DNA of 64,000 nucleotides from IMG/VR virus record IMGVR_UViG_3300046003_007892, positions 124,001 to 188,000 of that record; one strand, 5' to 3'. Shown piece by piece: positions 63,720 to 64,000 of this stretch (position 1 is its first letter; each line of letters starts with the position of its first letter). The notes under the pieces were generated by a model. It saw only the letters and a program-made list of their open reading frames with translations, ran no database searches and was not told where the DNA came from. The position numbers and the translations under genes were made by a program.

Positions 63720-64000
63720 TGGATAGTCGAGATTATCTCAACGGACTGCTGGATGAGTTCCTGGCCACTCGTGTATACCCCGAAGCGTCACCGAACTCGG
63801 GCGCGTGGCCGGAAGTCAGCAATGCTGATCTGGCTGCCCTGCGAAACATCATCTCATGTATCGTGGCCCAAAAGTTCGTCTCGGACTCGGCTGGCGACCC
63901 CGTAATCCAGTTCGCATTGTGCGACCGCAACAAGGGTCGGCTATTCTCGATTTTGGACCCGAGGTTTGACGAGAACACCACCACGCCGGTAGAGGTTGCA
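63719..64000 (+). CDS. Hypothetical protein, runs off the window
   Basis: TGATG coupling; frame open to the window end. Confidence 0.55.
   Translation, partial: MDSRDYLNGLLDEFLATRVYPEASPNSGAWPEVSNADLAALRNIISCIVAQKFVSDSAGDPVIQFALCDRNKGRLFSILDPRFDENTTTPVEVA

Noticed and set aside
1-64000. Genome-wide TAG reassignment (alternative genetic code)
   Set aside because: Long genes, including late ones, are intact in code 11, and TAG ends many ORFs whose readthrough frames look non-coding. A few TAG stops have nearby backup stops, but too few to be meaningful.
1-64000. CRISPR array, IS element, integrase, rRNA
   Set aside because: No regularly spaced direct repeats, transposase/integrase motifs or rRNA sequence seen.

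Overview
A 64-kb, GC-rich segment of a large T4-like or jumbo myophage genome. The host is probably an alphaproteobacterium (inferred from the class I LysRS, the aaRS N-termini, a GcrA-like motif and TTGACA-N16-gcTAnnnT promoters). Recognisable modules: (i) translation and proteolysis takeover (ClpS, bS21, IF3, ClpX, AspRS, SerRS, class I LysRS, Pth2, tRNAs); (ii) a two-subunit type II topoisomerase; (iii) alarmone/nucleotide enzymes (HD/Mesh1-like, MazG, HAD nucleotidase, NADAR-like, SpeD-like); (iv) a late sugar-modification cluster; (v) lysis and structural genes (SleB hydrolase, TIGR02594 amidase, gp15-like); (vi) a Ter/TelA cluster; (vii) many small hypothetical genes, about 15 of which share one motif. 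Highlights read directly from the sequence: a ~650-nt promoter-driven, ORF-free, highly structured RNA (29.3-29.9 kb, minus strand); an amber-codon-gated leader/attenuator upstream of an operon that ends in a ~290-nt pseudoknotted RNA and a D-armless CUA tRNA-like element, with a canonical-length CUA tRNA just downstream, in a genome that still uses TAG as stop; a tRNA-Cys on a class II (Tyr-like) scaffold; TAAATA late promoters that would yield leaderless mRNAs; and ~10 late proteins with T4-like capsid-targeting N-termini carrying kinase, GNAT and ADP-ribosyltransferase-like domains. All product calls are motif recognition by eye; no database searches or folding programs were run.
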